Assembly: GCA_030770535.1 (NCBI GenBank)
Contig: JASVEC010000017.1
Span: forward strand, 434,001 to 498,000
Direction of reading: 5' to 3'
DNA: 64,000 bases
Source of the DNA: Batkoa obscura
Lineage: Eukaryota
Position 1 is the stretch's first letter. The number at the start of each line of letters is the position of its first letter. Below, in pieces: positions 39,879 through 52,370 of the stretch. A program made the translations under genes and the position numbers. Under the pieces are notes generated by a model, which was not told the origin of the DNA, did no database searches, and worked only from the letters and a program-made list of their open reading frames with translations.

Positions 39879-40721
39879 TTTTTTTTATTGAAGATGATAA
39901 ATAAAAAAGAATAACAATTAACTAATCTCGGTTTACTATGTATAATTTTAGTTAGATGTATTGGACTAGTCTTTAATTTTTTTCCATAAAAACAAATCTC
40001 TTATGGGGCTCTACCTTAATTTTAGTATAAATCTTTTTTTTAAAATTTGTTTTTTTACTTTCTACTTTATTATTATTTATATTGTTTTTAGGGGGTTCTA
40101 TTACTATCAACGATAACGCCATTATCGTTGGTAGCAGATAGAAGGCCTCTTGTCTTTGTGTAAGGTATACTAGGATGTGTTTCTTTGTTTTAGTATTTGA
40201 TTAATAGTTTTTTCAAGCTTCTATTGCTTATACAATAGGTAAATAAATGAAACTAAAAGATTTCCATATCAAACTGTTTATTTATGTATTGAATGAGAAT
40301 GTAGTTTTTAGTCTCATTTCATTGTCCATTTTTTGCATCTAAAAGCTCGAAAAATTTGTAATTAAATACTAAAGCAAAAAAAATACCTACAGATTTTTGA
40401 ATGACTCACTTTGAATACTGGTTTGATTAATACTTTTCTGTTTAGTTTGTATATCCTTTGTTACATCAAATAAGCCTCAAAGTAACATCAATGCTTCACA
40501 GGAAAATATTAGTAGTATTTTGATGAGTCATTCAATGCTAATAGTCCGCAGAAGATAGTGAATTACTTGATACTAACATACACTATATAACGTTACTAGC
40601 AATTTTTTTAAAAAAAGAATTAAAATCAACTCAAAAAACAATGATTTGACAGAATTTAAACAAAGTAAAGAAATCAAAATTAAAAAAAAACGCTCAACTT
40701 TTATTTTAAAAAAAAAGCAAG

Positions 40722-42506
40722 ATGGCATCAGAGAATAATCTATCACCTACAGCTACCAGTAATAATACTAGTAATATGACTTCACCAGCCATATCAAATA
40801 TAAAATCCCCCCAACCAAGTGAGAACAATGAAGTAAGAAAAAGTAATAAAGAAATGACTAAAGCTGAAAGAAGAGCACTTCAGGTAAGTTATTAATAATT
40901 TATCAAAAGAAATTCTTTATTAAAATCATTTGGAAATCTAGGAAAAACAACGTGCCGAAAAAGAAGCCAAAAAGCAAGGAAGTTCCAGTAGTTCAATTTC
41001 TAAGCAAAATAAAAAAAATGAAGGAACAAAAGCTAATACAACTCCATCAAGCAAATCACTTAAATCGGAGGCCCCTGCGAATGCTCAATCCAAAGATAAA
41101 ACCAAAGAAAAGTCTTCTGAAGCCTCAAAACTTCAAGGTTTATCTTTATTTAAACATTTAGAAACATCGACCAAATCCAGTAATATATCCATTAAAGATG
41201 TTCATCCAGCTATCATTGAATTAGCTAGTCAATTTAAAGATTATTTAATCTGTGGTTCCAACGCTCGTTGTATAGCTATGTTACAAGCATTTAAACAAGT
41301 AATTATAGATTACATGACACCACCGCATACCCCATTGTGTCGTCATTTAGTTGCTCATCTATCCCCTCAAATTACTTATTTAGTTACAGCTAGACCAATG
41401 TCAGTGACTATGGGCAATGCTATTAGATATTTGAAAACTGAAATATCTACAGTGGATCCGGATTTACCAGAGGATCAAGCAAAGAAATATTTATGTGAAA
41501 GTATTGATCAATTCATTATTGATAGGATAACAGCAGCGGATGTTATTATTGCAGAAAATGCGATGGGTAAAATTAAAGAAGGAGATGTGATTATGATTTA
41601 TGGAAGGTAAGTTAAAACAATGAAAATAAAAATTTTGAGTATTGAGTTTATTAATGATATTTTTTAATTTAGCTCTTCTGTGGTATTACAAGTTTTGGAA
41701 TCAGCTATTAAAAAAAAGATACAATTTAGAGTTATTGTAGTAGATGCTGGGCCTAGGTTTGAAGGTAATTATTAAGGAGTTTGTTTTTGATAAGGGTAAT
41801 GACATTAATAAATAATTTAAATTAGGTAAACATATGTTAAGAAAGTTAGTTGAATTAGGAATTGAGTGTAGTTATATATTGTTACATGGGGTAGCTTATA
41901 TTGCTAAAGAAGTAAGTGTTAATTATTATAATTATTAATATATAACATTGTAACTTGAGAAAGAAAGGGAGAATATTAATAACAATATTGATATTTATTT
42001 ATTTTAGGCTACCAAAGTATTCTTAGGTGCTCATGGTTTATTTTCAAATGGTACTTTATTATCTAGAGCGGGTACTGCTATTGTTGCTATGACTGGTTAT
42101 GATCAAAAAATACCTGTAATTGTATGTTGTGAAACTTATAAATTTAGTGAAAAAGTACAATTAGATTCCATTGTTTGGAATGAAATTGGTAAGTTATTGA
42201 CTAATTAATAATTAAATAATAATAATTTAATACTAATGTTAATATTAATATTTCATATTATTTATAGGTAATCCAGAAGATTTAATTACTACGAATAATA
42301 ATCCATTTTTATCCAACTCTAATAATACTACTGATGATAAATTTAATATGGAAAGTTTTAAAACAATGAATAATGTATTTGGATTGAATTTATTATATGA
42401 TTTAACACCACCTCATTATATTTCTATGGTTATTACAGAAGTAGGTATGATTCCTTGTACTTCAGTACCGGTGGTATTACGTGAATATGGTACTTTAATG
42501 CAATAA
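40722..42506 (+). CDS. GCD2: Translation initiation factor eIF2B delta subunit
   Basis: [71 protein letters not shown]; multi-exon. Confidence 0.93.
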
Positions 42507-42891
42507 ATTAAAGGGTGAAGTAAAAAGAGAGCATATCAGATATGTTATGAAGGGGAAAGTTAATAAATAGATTTATTATGTAACTTATAATTTACTTATT
42601 TAAATTATAATTAGTTTTTTTATTAAATATTAGATTATTGGATTATATATTGATGACTATATAAACTATTTTATATTTTTTTTAAAATTGGATTTTATCT
42701 AAATACATTTCATTTTAATTGATTTCTAATAAAGACCAATAAATTTAAACTTAGCTTTAAATTCTCGATGCTGATTGGTTAATAATTCAACTATGAATTT
42801 CAGTTACCTCATTTTTAATCGAAAATAACAAATTCTAAATTTATTTAATTTTATACAACAGTTACTATTTCTTCAATTATAAAAATTAAAA

Positions 42892-44365
42892 ATGAGTAAT
42901 CAGCTCTCAGAAAAACAAGCTAGTTTTAGTGGCTCTTATGCCTTAGACCAATCCATAGCTGGATTAACAGCAGGTGCTATCTCAACTTTATTATTACATC
43001 CTATGGATTTAATAAAAACTAAAATGCAAGGTAAATTATAATATTATATAAACTAATGATAATAACAAAATAATAATACTAACCCGTTTTTCGTATTATT
43101 ATAGCCGATGATTTTAAAAAATTAGAAAACAAGAGAATCATAGGACGTAGTATCTCCGCAATAAAATCTGCAATAAAAACGGATAGTTTATTAGGATTAT
43201 ATCGAGGTTTATCACCTAATTTAGTAGGTTCTGCTTTATCTTGGTCATTTTATTTTGGTTGGTAAGTAGAAAATAATCTAATTTATATTTAATATCAAAT
43301 ATTCAATCGTTATTTAATATTAATATTTTCTATTGTCATTATTAGGTATAGTATAATAAAACAACAATATCATTCTGATTTGGGGGATGGTAGAATATCT
43401 AATAAGTTATCTTCAACTCAATATATGTTAGCTTCTGCACAAGCAGGTGCATTAACTGTATTATGTACTAATCCAATTTGGGTAGTAAAAACTAGGATGT
43501 TAACAAGTCATAAAAATCAGGTAGGGGCTTATAGGGGCTTATTAGGTAATACATTATTAATAATAATAATAATAATAACGACATAGTTATTCCTAATACA
43601 TATTATATTAAATATTGAGTATTTCACTAATTTAATCTCATTATTAGATGGATTAATAAAATTAGTACAATTTGAAGGTATACGTGGTATGTATCGAGGA
43701 TTAACACCAGCTTTATTTGGTACATCTCATGGGGCTGTTCAATTTATGGTCTATGAAGAATTAAAAAAATGGAAAAGTAAAAAAAATTTATTAAAAAATA
43801 AGGATGTTAAGTTAAAAGATGGTTTAGTAAGTTTATTATTATATTATATTTATATTATATTTATATTATATTTATATTATATTATATTATATTATTATTG
43901 ATTTAAATTATACATTTTAATGTTGCTTTTACTATTACTTAGCCTGTTATGGATTATCTTTGGATGGCTTCTTTATCAAAAACAATGGCCTCGATATTAA
44001 CATATCCTTATCAAGTAGTCAAAACTAGATTACAAGTAATTATTTTTATATTACGTCATGATACAATATACAATAATTTATTTATTAGAAACAAGTCGAT
44101 TTAAAATCTAACACAGAATATAAAACTACGTTAGATACCATAAATAAAATATTTAAGTAAGTTTAATTATCACATAATACAATAATAATTAACTAATAAT
44201 TAATAACTAATATTTTAATTTTAATTTAATAATAGAAATGAAGGTGTAATGGGATTTTATAAAGGATTAGGACCCAATATATTAAGAGTATTACCGGGTA
44301 CTTGTATTACATTTACTGTTTATGAATCTTTATCCAATTATTTTAGAAATGGTACTTTTTTTTAA
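42892..44365 (+). CDS. FLX1: Mitochondrial carrier, FAD/folate transporter (FLX1/SLC25A32-like)
   Basis: HPMDLIKTK, TNPIWVVKTRM, TYPYQVVKTRLQ carrier motifs; GTSHGAVQF; RVLPGTCITF. Confidence 0.88.
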
Positions 44366-45694
44366 AAAAAATTATATTGTAATTAATTTGAATAAAAATA
44401 TACGATGCTTGTGTTTTATAAGGTTATTATTGATTATAATTTGTTAGTTGTCGTATTACTGATTATGGTTAGTAATTTAGTAATACACAATATTAGATGA
44501 TCAACAGTTATCTTATATAAACTAGATAAAACTATGGTTTTTTTTTTCAAAGCTTAATAATTAAAATAATTAACCCAAATAGCTAAACTAAATTATGTTT
44601 CTTTTAGCTAACCCAGGTTGTAACATAATCTTATTCAATATTGAGCATTGAAATACTTATATTGAAATATTAAATCTTTTAGTTTGTTGCTTTTTAATCA
44701 AATAGTACACTATTTTTGTATTAATAACCATGTACTAGTATCACTATATAAAAGTAATTACATATAAAAAGTACTATTTTATAATAATTTTTATTACTTA
44801 ATAACGGATTAAATAAGCACCGGTTGTTTAGTATTAAATAATATACCCTTGACCACAAACAATAATAACAGACTTAATTTATATATAATTTATTAATCAA
44901 ATGATCATTTTTTTAAAACAAATGGTTTGATATTGATTTAAGTTTAATAAATTTTTGCTTAAAAACAGAACTATGAATAATCTATAAAGTTTTTATAGTT
45001 AAAGATAATGTAGTAAAGTTATCAAAGAAAGCAGTTTAAGCTGGAGGAATCTTTATCAAAAGCTTAATAGAAATGATAAAAAATTAAGGTTAAGAAAGGA
45101 AAAGTAATGATTTAATTAATTATGTGTGAGAAGCTAGATTTTTTAAAGAATTTAAAGGTGAAGTAATAAAAAAAAGTAAACAGAGTTTTAAAAAACTGAA
45201 TTGTATTGTAAAGAAAAAACATGTTTTTTATCAGATTAAACTGGGATAGAAATTTTATTCAAGTGCTTAAAACCTTGCTTAACAAATTTAATAGTTAATT
45301 TACTATAAAAAGATATGCTTAACTTGTATCTACGAAGTTGTTATTAAATTAAATAAACAAAGAGCTTAAAAGTCATTAAAAGCTGTATCTAAATTTTAAA
45401 AACCAAATACTTTATTAAAATATTCATGAACTAACTGATAAATAAGACTAAATAATTCAACAATACTATAAAGAAGAATTTTTAAAATTTAACTTGTTTA
45501 TCTAAGCATTCGTTTATAAACAATCTAAGAATCAAAATAGAATGTAATAAAAATATTAGTGGGATTACTGACAACTTAATTGGCATCTACTAGTTTATGT
45601 AAAGTTTTTGTATAATACAAATATGAATTATTGTTTTATTTTATTTTTCGTTGTAATGAATACAGAGAGGTTTTTAATTTACCAAACATCTTAT

Positions 45695-45788
45695 GGGAAT
45701 ATATTTTTTTGTTTAAGAATTTTACTGATAGTTTTTCCACTCAAATAGCGCTTAAAAAACGAAAGTGTTGGAATAAAAAAACACCCCC
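45695..45788. mobile_element. MITE-A
   Basis: GGGAATA..CACCCCC, TSD TTAT/TTAT. Confidence 0.8.
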
Positions 45789-45820
45789 TTATGACTTTAA
45801 TATTTAATTCACTTTAATTT

Positions 45821-47034
45821 TAAAAAAATTAAAAAATAGAAAAAATTAAAACAAAAAATTAAAACAAAAAATTAAAAAAGGTTAATGTTTTTTATTCAAA
45901 ACAAAAGAAAAGAAAAGAAAAGAAAAGAAAAGAAAAGAAAAGGAAAGTATAAATAGTTAGTAAGTGAATAATAGAATTAAAAGTATTATCTAGTTTATTT
46001 AAGTAAAAACCATCCAGTAGAATGCTTTAGCAACACCACTTTACTATCGCTTGAATGCTGGAAACTATAATAAAATTTATTAATAATATCATAAAACAAC
46101 AGTTGATGAATCCCTTCCATCAGTCGCTTAACTTCACCATCTTACCTCAATCACCTTACCTTTCCTTAAATATCATTAGATGCCTGCTACCCACCCCTAC
46201 CATGGATTAGATTCTGATAACTAAATAACAGTCAATTGGTAATATTCTGAAGCAGTGATAAATAAACCTCCTAACCACTAACTTACCTACTTATTTACTT
46301 ACCTACTTATTTACTTACCTATGCCAACTGCCCACACAATAAGAACTAACTAAAACTACTCAATAATAAGAAAATTGGTAGTAATAAGTTAAAACTTATT
46401 GATAATAATGTTCAAATTAGCTTAAAGCTCAAGTTTGATTGATATTGATTCTAAGGCCTTAGACGAAAGTATAAGCAAACTCAGAGATATTTAAGTTTGT
46501 GAGTATCAAATAGTTTCTATCACCATTCTTCTAATGATAACTCTTAGTATTGATTGTAATTAAACAGCAAAAGAAAATGATGTATTAGAGATTATTTGAT
46601 TTTTATTTCTGGGAAAATTAATGTCACTTATTCTTTTGATTCGATTTCTAGTCTTAGTTGAGGAACTGAAATGATTGGGTTTTAAGGCTTCTATTTTTGA
46701 CTAATTTGCCTATTTTGGTTATTGATGAAAGGCAGCTATTCTGCTGAAGAGTAAATTGTAAGATGATATAATATAGTTGCAAAAATTCAGATAATTTATT
46801 TTTTATTTAAACAATTGACTGCTGTATTTTGTGTAAATAGTTAAAGCAATAATTAAAATAATTAGTTAAAATTAATATAAAATAAAAGTTATTAATTATT
46901 TTAAAACTAATAAGCTATAATGATATTTTAAATAGCAATAATAAGTTTATTATCAAATATCAATTTTAAGTCAGTCAAGTATAATAATTATATATGAAAA
47001 TAGATTTTAAAAAAGATTTATATATATTATAAAG
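45821..47034 (+). repeat. Repeat family C, copy 2 with (AAAAG)8
   Basis: Identical by eye to the reverse complement of 35894-37164 in the segments checked, except microsatellite length and the T/A-rich end. Confidence 0.9.
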
Positions 47035-47274
47035 CTAATAATCTACTTGAAAAGAATTGGTTCGATATTACATAAAACATATGTAAAGGTAGGATGTATA
47101 TATTAATACTATGGTTAAAGGAACTGAAAAGACATAAAAGTGGCAGAAATAGATTGAAAAATCATTTAGTAAATAGATGATGTAGTTTAATCTGTTAAAG
47201 GGCTAATATTAATCAAATATGACATAACTACCAGTGATAGTTTATAAAAAAAATAAAGTTATCAAACTTCATAT

Positions 47275-47371
47275 GGAGAAGTATTTTTTTGTTTAAGAAT
47301 TTTGCTAACAATCTTTCCACTCAAATAGCGCTTAAAAAATGGAAAAAATAATGAAACCAAAAAACACCCCC
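47275..47371. mobile_element. MITE-A
   Basis: GGAGAAG..CACCCCC, TSD ATAT. Confidence 0.85.
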
Positions 47372-48070
47372 ATATGTTGCTTTATCATTGGTTTTACGAA
47401 TAAAACCGTCATTACAATATTGATAACCTTCTGAAGGATTTGGTAAGAACCAAGAGCATAAAATTTTATTGAATAGTAAAGTTTTTTAAGTTTTTTAATA
47501 TTTATTTTATTGAAATTTATTTGAATTTATGTATAATTTTGTTTTTCATTAGTGTGGACTTTTGATTGACCTAGTATATAATAAAACCTGCTCCATACTT
47601 TAATTCTATGATGAAAAAAATTGGTACCTGATATAAAAATAAATATGATGAGAGGAAAAATGGTCTTAGTGATTTTTAAAATCAACTCAATCTGTTTTTT
47701 TAATTTTTAATATTACAAAGTCATAGCATGGATGCACTAAGTTAGTTTTTTTTTAGTAAAGAGTTGTTTATTTAACAGGCATTTGTTTTTGAAATTTCGC
47801 TATTAAAATAATAAAACGTTACACTCTAGATTGATGAAAAATTTCATACATCATTTATTTAAGTAAGTTACGTTAATAGATATTTTAATCTCAAAATTAA
47901 CTCTATTTAATTTAAAGTTATAAAAAAATATAACTAATTTAAAATGTAAGTGCTTATAAATAGCAATTAACTTAATTTTTAGCTATATTAATACCTATAG
48001 TTATATTTGTCAACTTCTTTAGGATCAACATAAAGGACCAATATTTATAAACAAAATTTACTCTTTATAC

Positions 48071-48170
48071 GGGGGTGTTTTTTTTTGGCTTCATTGCTTT
48101 TTCTACCTTTTAAGCGCTATTTGAGTGGAAAGATTGTTAGCAAAATTCTTAAACACAAAAATACATCCTC
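48071..48170. mobile_element. MITE-A
   Basis: GGGGGTG..CATCCTC, flanks ATAC/ATAT. Confidence 0.85.
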
Positions 48171-48821
48171 ATATTATAATATTTTTACTGTTAAAGGCTT
48201 TTCAAAGTATGTAATTTACAGTTTATCATTTGGCGTTTCCAATATTACCCATTAATTTACTTTTATTACCATCCTTACTTTATTGCAATGATGTTTAATT
48301 AAAACTATTCCGAAAGTTATTATATTCTACTTTAAGGGTATTATACTTTAAATTATTTATAGATCAAACTAATCATAAAATTTATTCTAATTTATAATAG
48401 TTCAAAATTAGAATTCTAGACTAAAAAATTGGCTTAAACAAAAAATATTAAGCATTTATTAAGAACTTAAATGATAAATTGTAAAGCCTCCGTTTTGAAA
48501 TATTAAAATTGTAATTAAATTTTTTTAAACCTTTTATTATATTTAATGATTTTGGAGAAGTGTGTAATTAATTTAGTAAAATTCTTATATAATTATAATC
48601 ATAACAAAGATTAAAAATAACTTATCTATAATTTAAAAATAGTAAACTGTCAATTAATTTCAGTCATTTTAAATTTTACCAAAAAGTCACGATAATTAAG
48701 CCTTAAAAAAGATAGTCTACATCAACTTTAAATATTAATGCCATTAAAGCCTAATTTTATCAACCAGATAGTAAATATAAAGAAACAAAACCCTCTTAAA
48801 ATAACTAAAAGAATCCTTCAA

Positions 48822-51692
48822 ATGAAAAGCTTCATTCTATTAACTTTACGGTTAATAGCGTTAACCTCAATATTCTCTCAAAAATGTCCATTACCTACCG
48901 ATTCCTGTCAAGTAGGTTTTAAGACTTTTAAATATACTGATCCAGCTGTACCCCCATGTTGGTTAAGCGTTGGAACAAGCTGGAAATGCTATTCCAGGAA
49001 TAATGGTATATGCAATGTAGCTTTTAATCAAGTCGATATCAAAAGTTGTACTAATCCAACACCTAAACCAGTTTGTCCCCTCATATCCGATGTGTGTAAA
49101 GTTAATAACACTTTATTAAAACCAAATGATACAACAGTACCTTTATGTTGGACAAAGGGGACCGATGGATGGCAATGTTCAGATAAAATCAATAATTTAT
49201 GTGATGTTACTAAAGGTCAAATGGACGTTACCACTTGTAATCTTCCTCCTCCAATTCCAATTTGTCCAAAGGCCACGGATACATGTACCAATGGTAGTTC
49301 TACCTTTATTGCTAATGATCCAACAGCGCCTAATTGTTGGTCAAAAACTACTTCAGGGTGGATCTGCCAAGTAAGCATTAGTGGTGTCTGTGATCCTTTG
49401 AAAGGTCAATTAAGCATATCTACTTGTAACATTCCACCACCAATTCCAACATGCCCAAAAGCAACCGAAACGTGTATTTCTGGCACTAAAACTTTCTTAG
49501 CAAATGATCCAAAAGCCCCGTTATGTTGGTTTAAGACTAATTTAGGATGGGTTTGCCAAGCAAGTACTGATGTTGGATGTGACGTTACTAAAGGTCAATT
49601 GGATATTACAACATGTAATATCCCACCTCCGGTTCCCGATTGCCCAAAAGCCACTGATACATGTACAAATAGTACTCTTATCTTTAGCGCGAACAGTCCA
49701 AATGTACCAAAATGTTGGTCAAAGACAGCCTCTGGATGGAACTGCCAAGGAAATGCTAATATTGTTTGCGACTCTTCAAAAGGCCAACTAGATATCAGTA
49801 CTTGTAACATTCCACCTCCAGTACCTACATGTCCTAAAGCAACTGATATTTGTTCAAACGGTTTCGAATCGTTTGTAGCTAACAATCAAAATGCCCCCCA
49901 TTGTTGGATAAAATCATCTTCTGGTTGGGTTTGTCAAGGAAGTGCTAGCGTTGCATGCGATGCCATGAAAGGCCAATTAGATATTATTACATGCAACTTC
50001 CCACCACCAATTCCTACTTGTCCAAAAGCTATAGAAACATGCTCAAGCGGTAATGTCATATTTGCTGCTAATGATCCAAATGCACCAAAATGTTGGTCTA
50101 AATCCACTTCTGGATGGGTCTGTGAAGTAGCTAATAGCTTTGGATGTGATGCTAGTAAAGGACAATTAGACATTACTACTTGTAATATCCCACCTCCAGT
50201 CCCTACTTGTCCAAAAGCTACCGATGCTTGCTCAAATGGTAATTCCACGTTTGTTGCTAACGATCCAAATGTACCAAAATGCTGGTCAAAGGCTATTTCA
50301 GGATGGAATTGCCAAGGAAATGCTAATATTGTTTGTGATTCCTCAAAAGGCCAATTAGATATTAACATGTGTAACCTTCCTCTACCAATTCCTGCCTGCC
50401 CAAAAGCTACAGATACTTGCTCAAATGTTAATGTCACATTTGCAGCCAATGATCCAAACACTCCAAAATGTTGGTCAAAAACTACCTTTGGATGGAGCTG
50501 TCAAGGAAATTCTAATGCTACATGCGACACTTCAAAGGGCCAATTAGACATTTCAACTTGCGACATCTCGCCTCCAATCCAAAATTGTCCAAAAGCCACC
50601 GATACATGTAGATCTGGTGATGTTGTTTTTGCTGCAAATAGCTCAAATGTACCAAAATGCTGGACTAAAACCACTTCTGGGTGGATTTGCCAAGGAAACT
50701 CTAACACTATATGTGATATTCCTAAAGGTCAACTAGATATTAAATCATGTAATATTCCTCCACCTCTAATCCCAGATTGTCCAAAAGCTACGGAAGCTTG
50801 TTCTTCTGGTACCACAAACTTTAAAGCAAATGATCCAAATGCGCCGAAATGTTGGTCTAAATCATCATCTAGTACATGGATCTGCTTGAATGGCTTAAAT
50901 GGTAAATGCGATGCTACTATTAGTCAATTAGACATCAAGACATGTAATATTCCACCTCCAATCCCAGATTGTCCAAAGACCACCGATACCTGTAGTTCTG
51001 GAAGCGCAAGCTTCACAGTTAATGACCCAAATGTACCAAAATGCTGGTCTAAAACCTCTTCGGGATGGAATTGTCAAGGAAACTTTAATTCTAAATGTGA
51101 TAATTCTAAAGGCCAATTAGATATCAAGGCATGTAATATTCCACCCCCACCTGTTCCTAAATGCCCAACTTCCACCAATACTTGTGATTTTCAAGGACAA
51201 CAATTCAGTCCTAATAGTATTAACGCACCAAGCTGCTGGGCATATACCGCAAATGGATGGAGCTGTATTGCTAAGGTCAACGGTCAATGTAATGCACTTA
51301 AAGGAGAAAAGGATATTTCAACTTGCTCTTTCCCAAAACCACCTATCACGTGCCCCACAAAAAATGATTACTGTTGGTATGGTTACTATCATTTTTATGC
51401 ATCTGAATCATTTGCTCCTACTTGTTGGACTAAAACTAACTATGGTTGGTCTTGCTCCTTTAAATCTGGCGCTTCTTGTGCTAAAAATCAAGTTGATATT
51501 AAAACTTGCTCTATTCAACCTCCTAACAGTTGTCCTGCAAATTATGATAGATGCTATGATAGCTATGGACGCTCTTATTACCGTCATTCTTATGGTACTC
51601 CTAAATGCTGGTCGAAATCTTATTTTGGATGGTTTTGTAGGAACTCGCGTAATGGCTGTAGTTCTTCAGAAACTGATATAACAACTTGTTAG
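48822..51692 (+). CDS. Secreted cysteine-rich protein with 15 tandem ~63-aa six-cysteine repeats
   Basis: Signal-like MKSFILLTLRLIALTSIFS (ATG 48822, TATA-like element near 48775); repeat C-x6-C-x16-C-W-x6-W-x-C-x7-C-x11-C with PPP linkers; intronless. Confidence 0.9.
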   Translation: MKSFILLTLRLIALTSIFSQKCPLPTDSCQVGFKTFKYTDPAVPPCWLSVGTSWKCYSRNNGICNVAFNQVDIKSCTNPTPKPVCPLISDVCKVNNTLLKPNDTTVPLCWTKGTDGWQCSDKINNLCDVTKGQMDVTTCNLPPPIPICPKATDTCTNGSSTFIANDPTAPNCWSKTTSGWICQVSISGVCDPLKGQLSISTCNIPPPIPTCPKATETCISGTKTFLANDPKAPLCWFKTNLGWVCQASTDVGCDVTKGQLDITTCNIPPPVPDCPKATDTCTNSTLIFSANSPNVPKCWSKTASGWNCQGNANIVCDSSKGQLDISTCNIPPPVPTCPKATDICSNGFESFVANNQNAPHCWIKSSSGWVCQGSASVACDAMKGQLDIITCNFPPPIPTCPKAIETCSSGNVIFAANDPNAPKCWSKSTSGWVCEVANSFGCDASKGQLDITTCNIPPPVPTCPKATDACSNGNSTFVANDPNVPKCWSKAISGWNCQGNANIVCDSSKGQLDINMCNLPLPIPACPKATDTCSNVNVTFAANDPNTPKCWSKTTFGWSCQGNSNATCDTSKGQLDISTCDISPPIQNCPKATDTCRSGDVVFAANSSNVPKCWTKTTSGWICQGNSNTICDIPKGQLDIKSCNIPPPLIPDCPKATEACSSGTTNFKANDPNAPKCWSKSSSSTWICLNGLNGKCDATISQLDIKTCNIPPPIPDCPKTTDTCSSGSASFTVNDPNVPKCWSKTSSGWNCQGNFNSKCDNSKGQLDIKACNIPPPPVPKCPTSTNTCDFQGQQFSPNSINAPSCWAYTANGWSCIAKVNGQCNALKGEKDISTCSFPKPPITCPTKNDYCWYGYYHFYASESFAPTCWTKTNYGWSCSFKSGASCAKNQVDIKTCSIQPPNSCPANYDRCYDSYGRSYYRHSYGTPKCWSKSYFGWFCRNSRNGCSSSETDITTC

Positions 51693-52370
51693 TCTTTAAT
51701 GCATTTTTAAAGTACTGAAGTATATTTATTAGAAATAAAACTTTCAAAACTATTTTTTACCTTAATGTTAATTTTTAAATTATTATGAGTAAACTATAGT
51801 TTTTAAAGTTTTATAATAGTATTTTTAAAGGCATTCATAATCTTTTTTTAAACTTACTTGGCCCCAAAAGGATAAACAGTGATTTATTTAAAGGGATGGC
51901 TCCATAGAATACTCTCGAGTGGTGAAATGAACCATATATTCATTTTTTAACAAGAGTTGTTTTTAAGTTTAAACATTAAGGTATACTGTAAATTATAAAA
52001 GAAGCTTGTATATAAAAATAGCCTTACATATAACGCTTAAAAAATGTTATGTCATATTACATTTTCAGTAAAGCGTCTATAATTCTATCCAGAAGGCTTA
52101 TGCTTTTATGCTTTAGATGCTACATAATTTGTATTAATAGAATATAGTTATTATATATTTTATACTTGGTGATTAAAAATTCACACAACTTACACTATAT
52201 GGGGATTATGTTAATTCATTACTCGATAAAGTTCGTTTTGTAAAATATTAGATAAAAATAATAAAAATAATAAAAAGAGTTATTGAAAACAATCGAATTT
52301 ACTCATAGGATTAATTAAAAAAGTATCAATCTATGCTGTAGATAATTATACGATACCAGTAAGTAATAAT

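Noticed and set aside
48738..48821. Upstream ATG given by the ORF track for the Cys-rich protein
   Set aside because: A TATA-like element lies within this extension and the signal peptide starts at 48822
49126..51681. Alternate-frame and antisense ORFs in the repeat gene
   Set aside because: By-products of repetitive coding sequence
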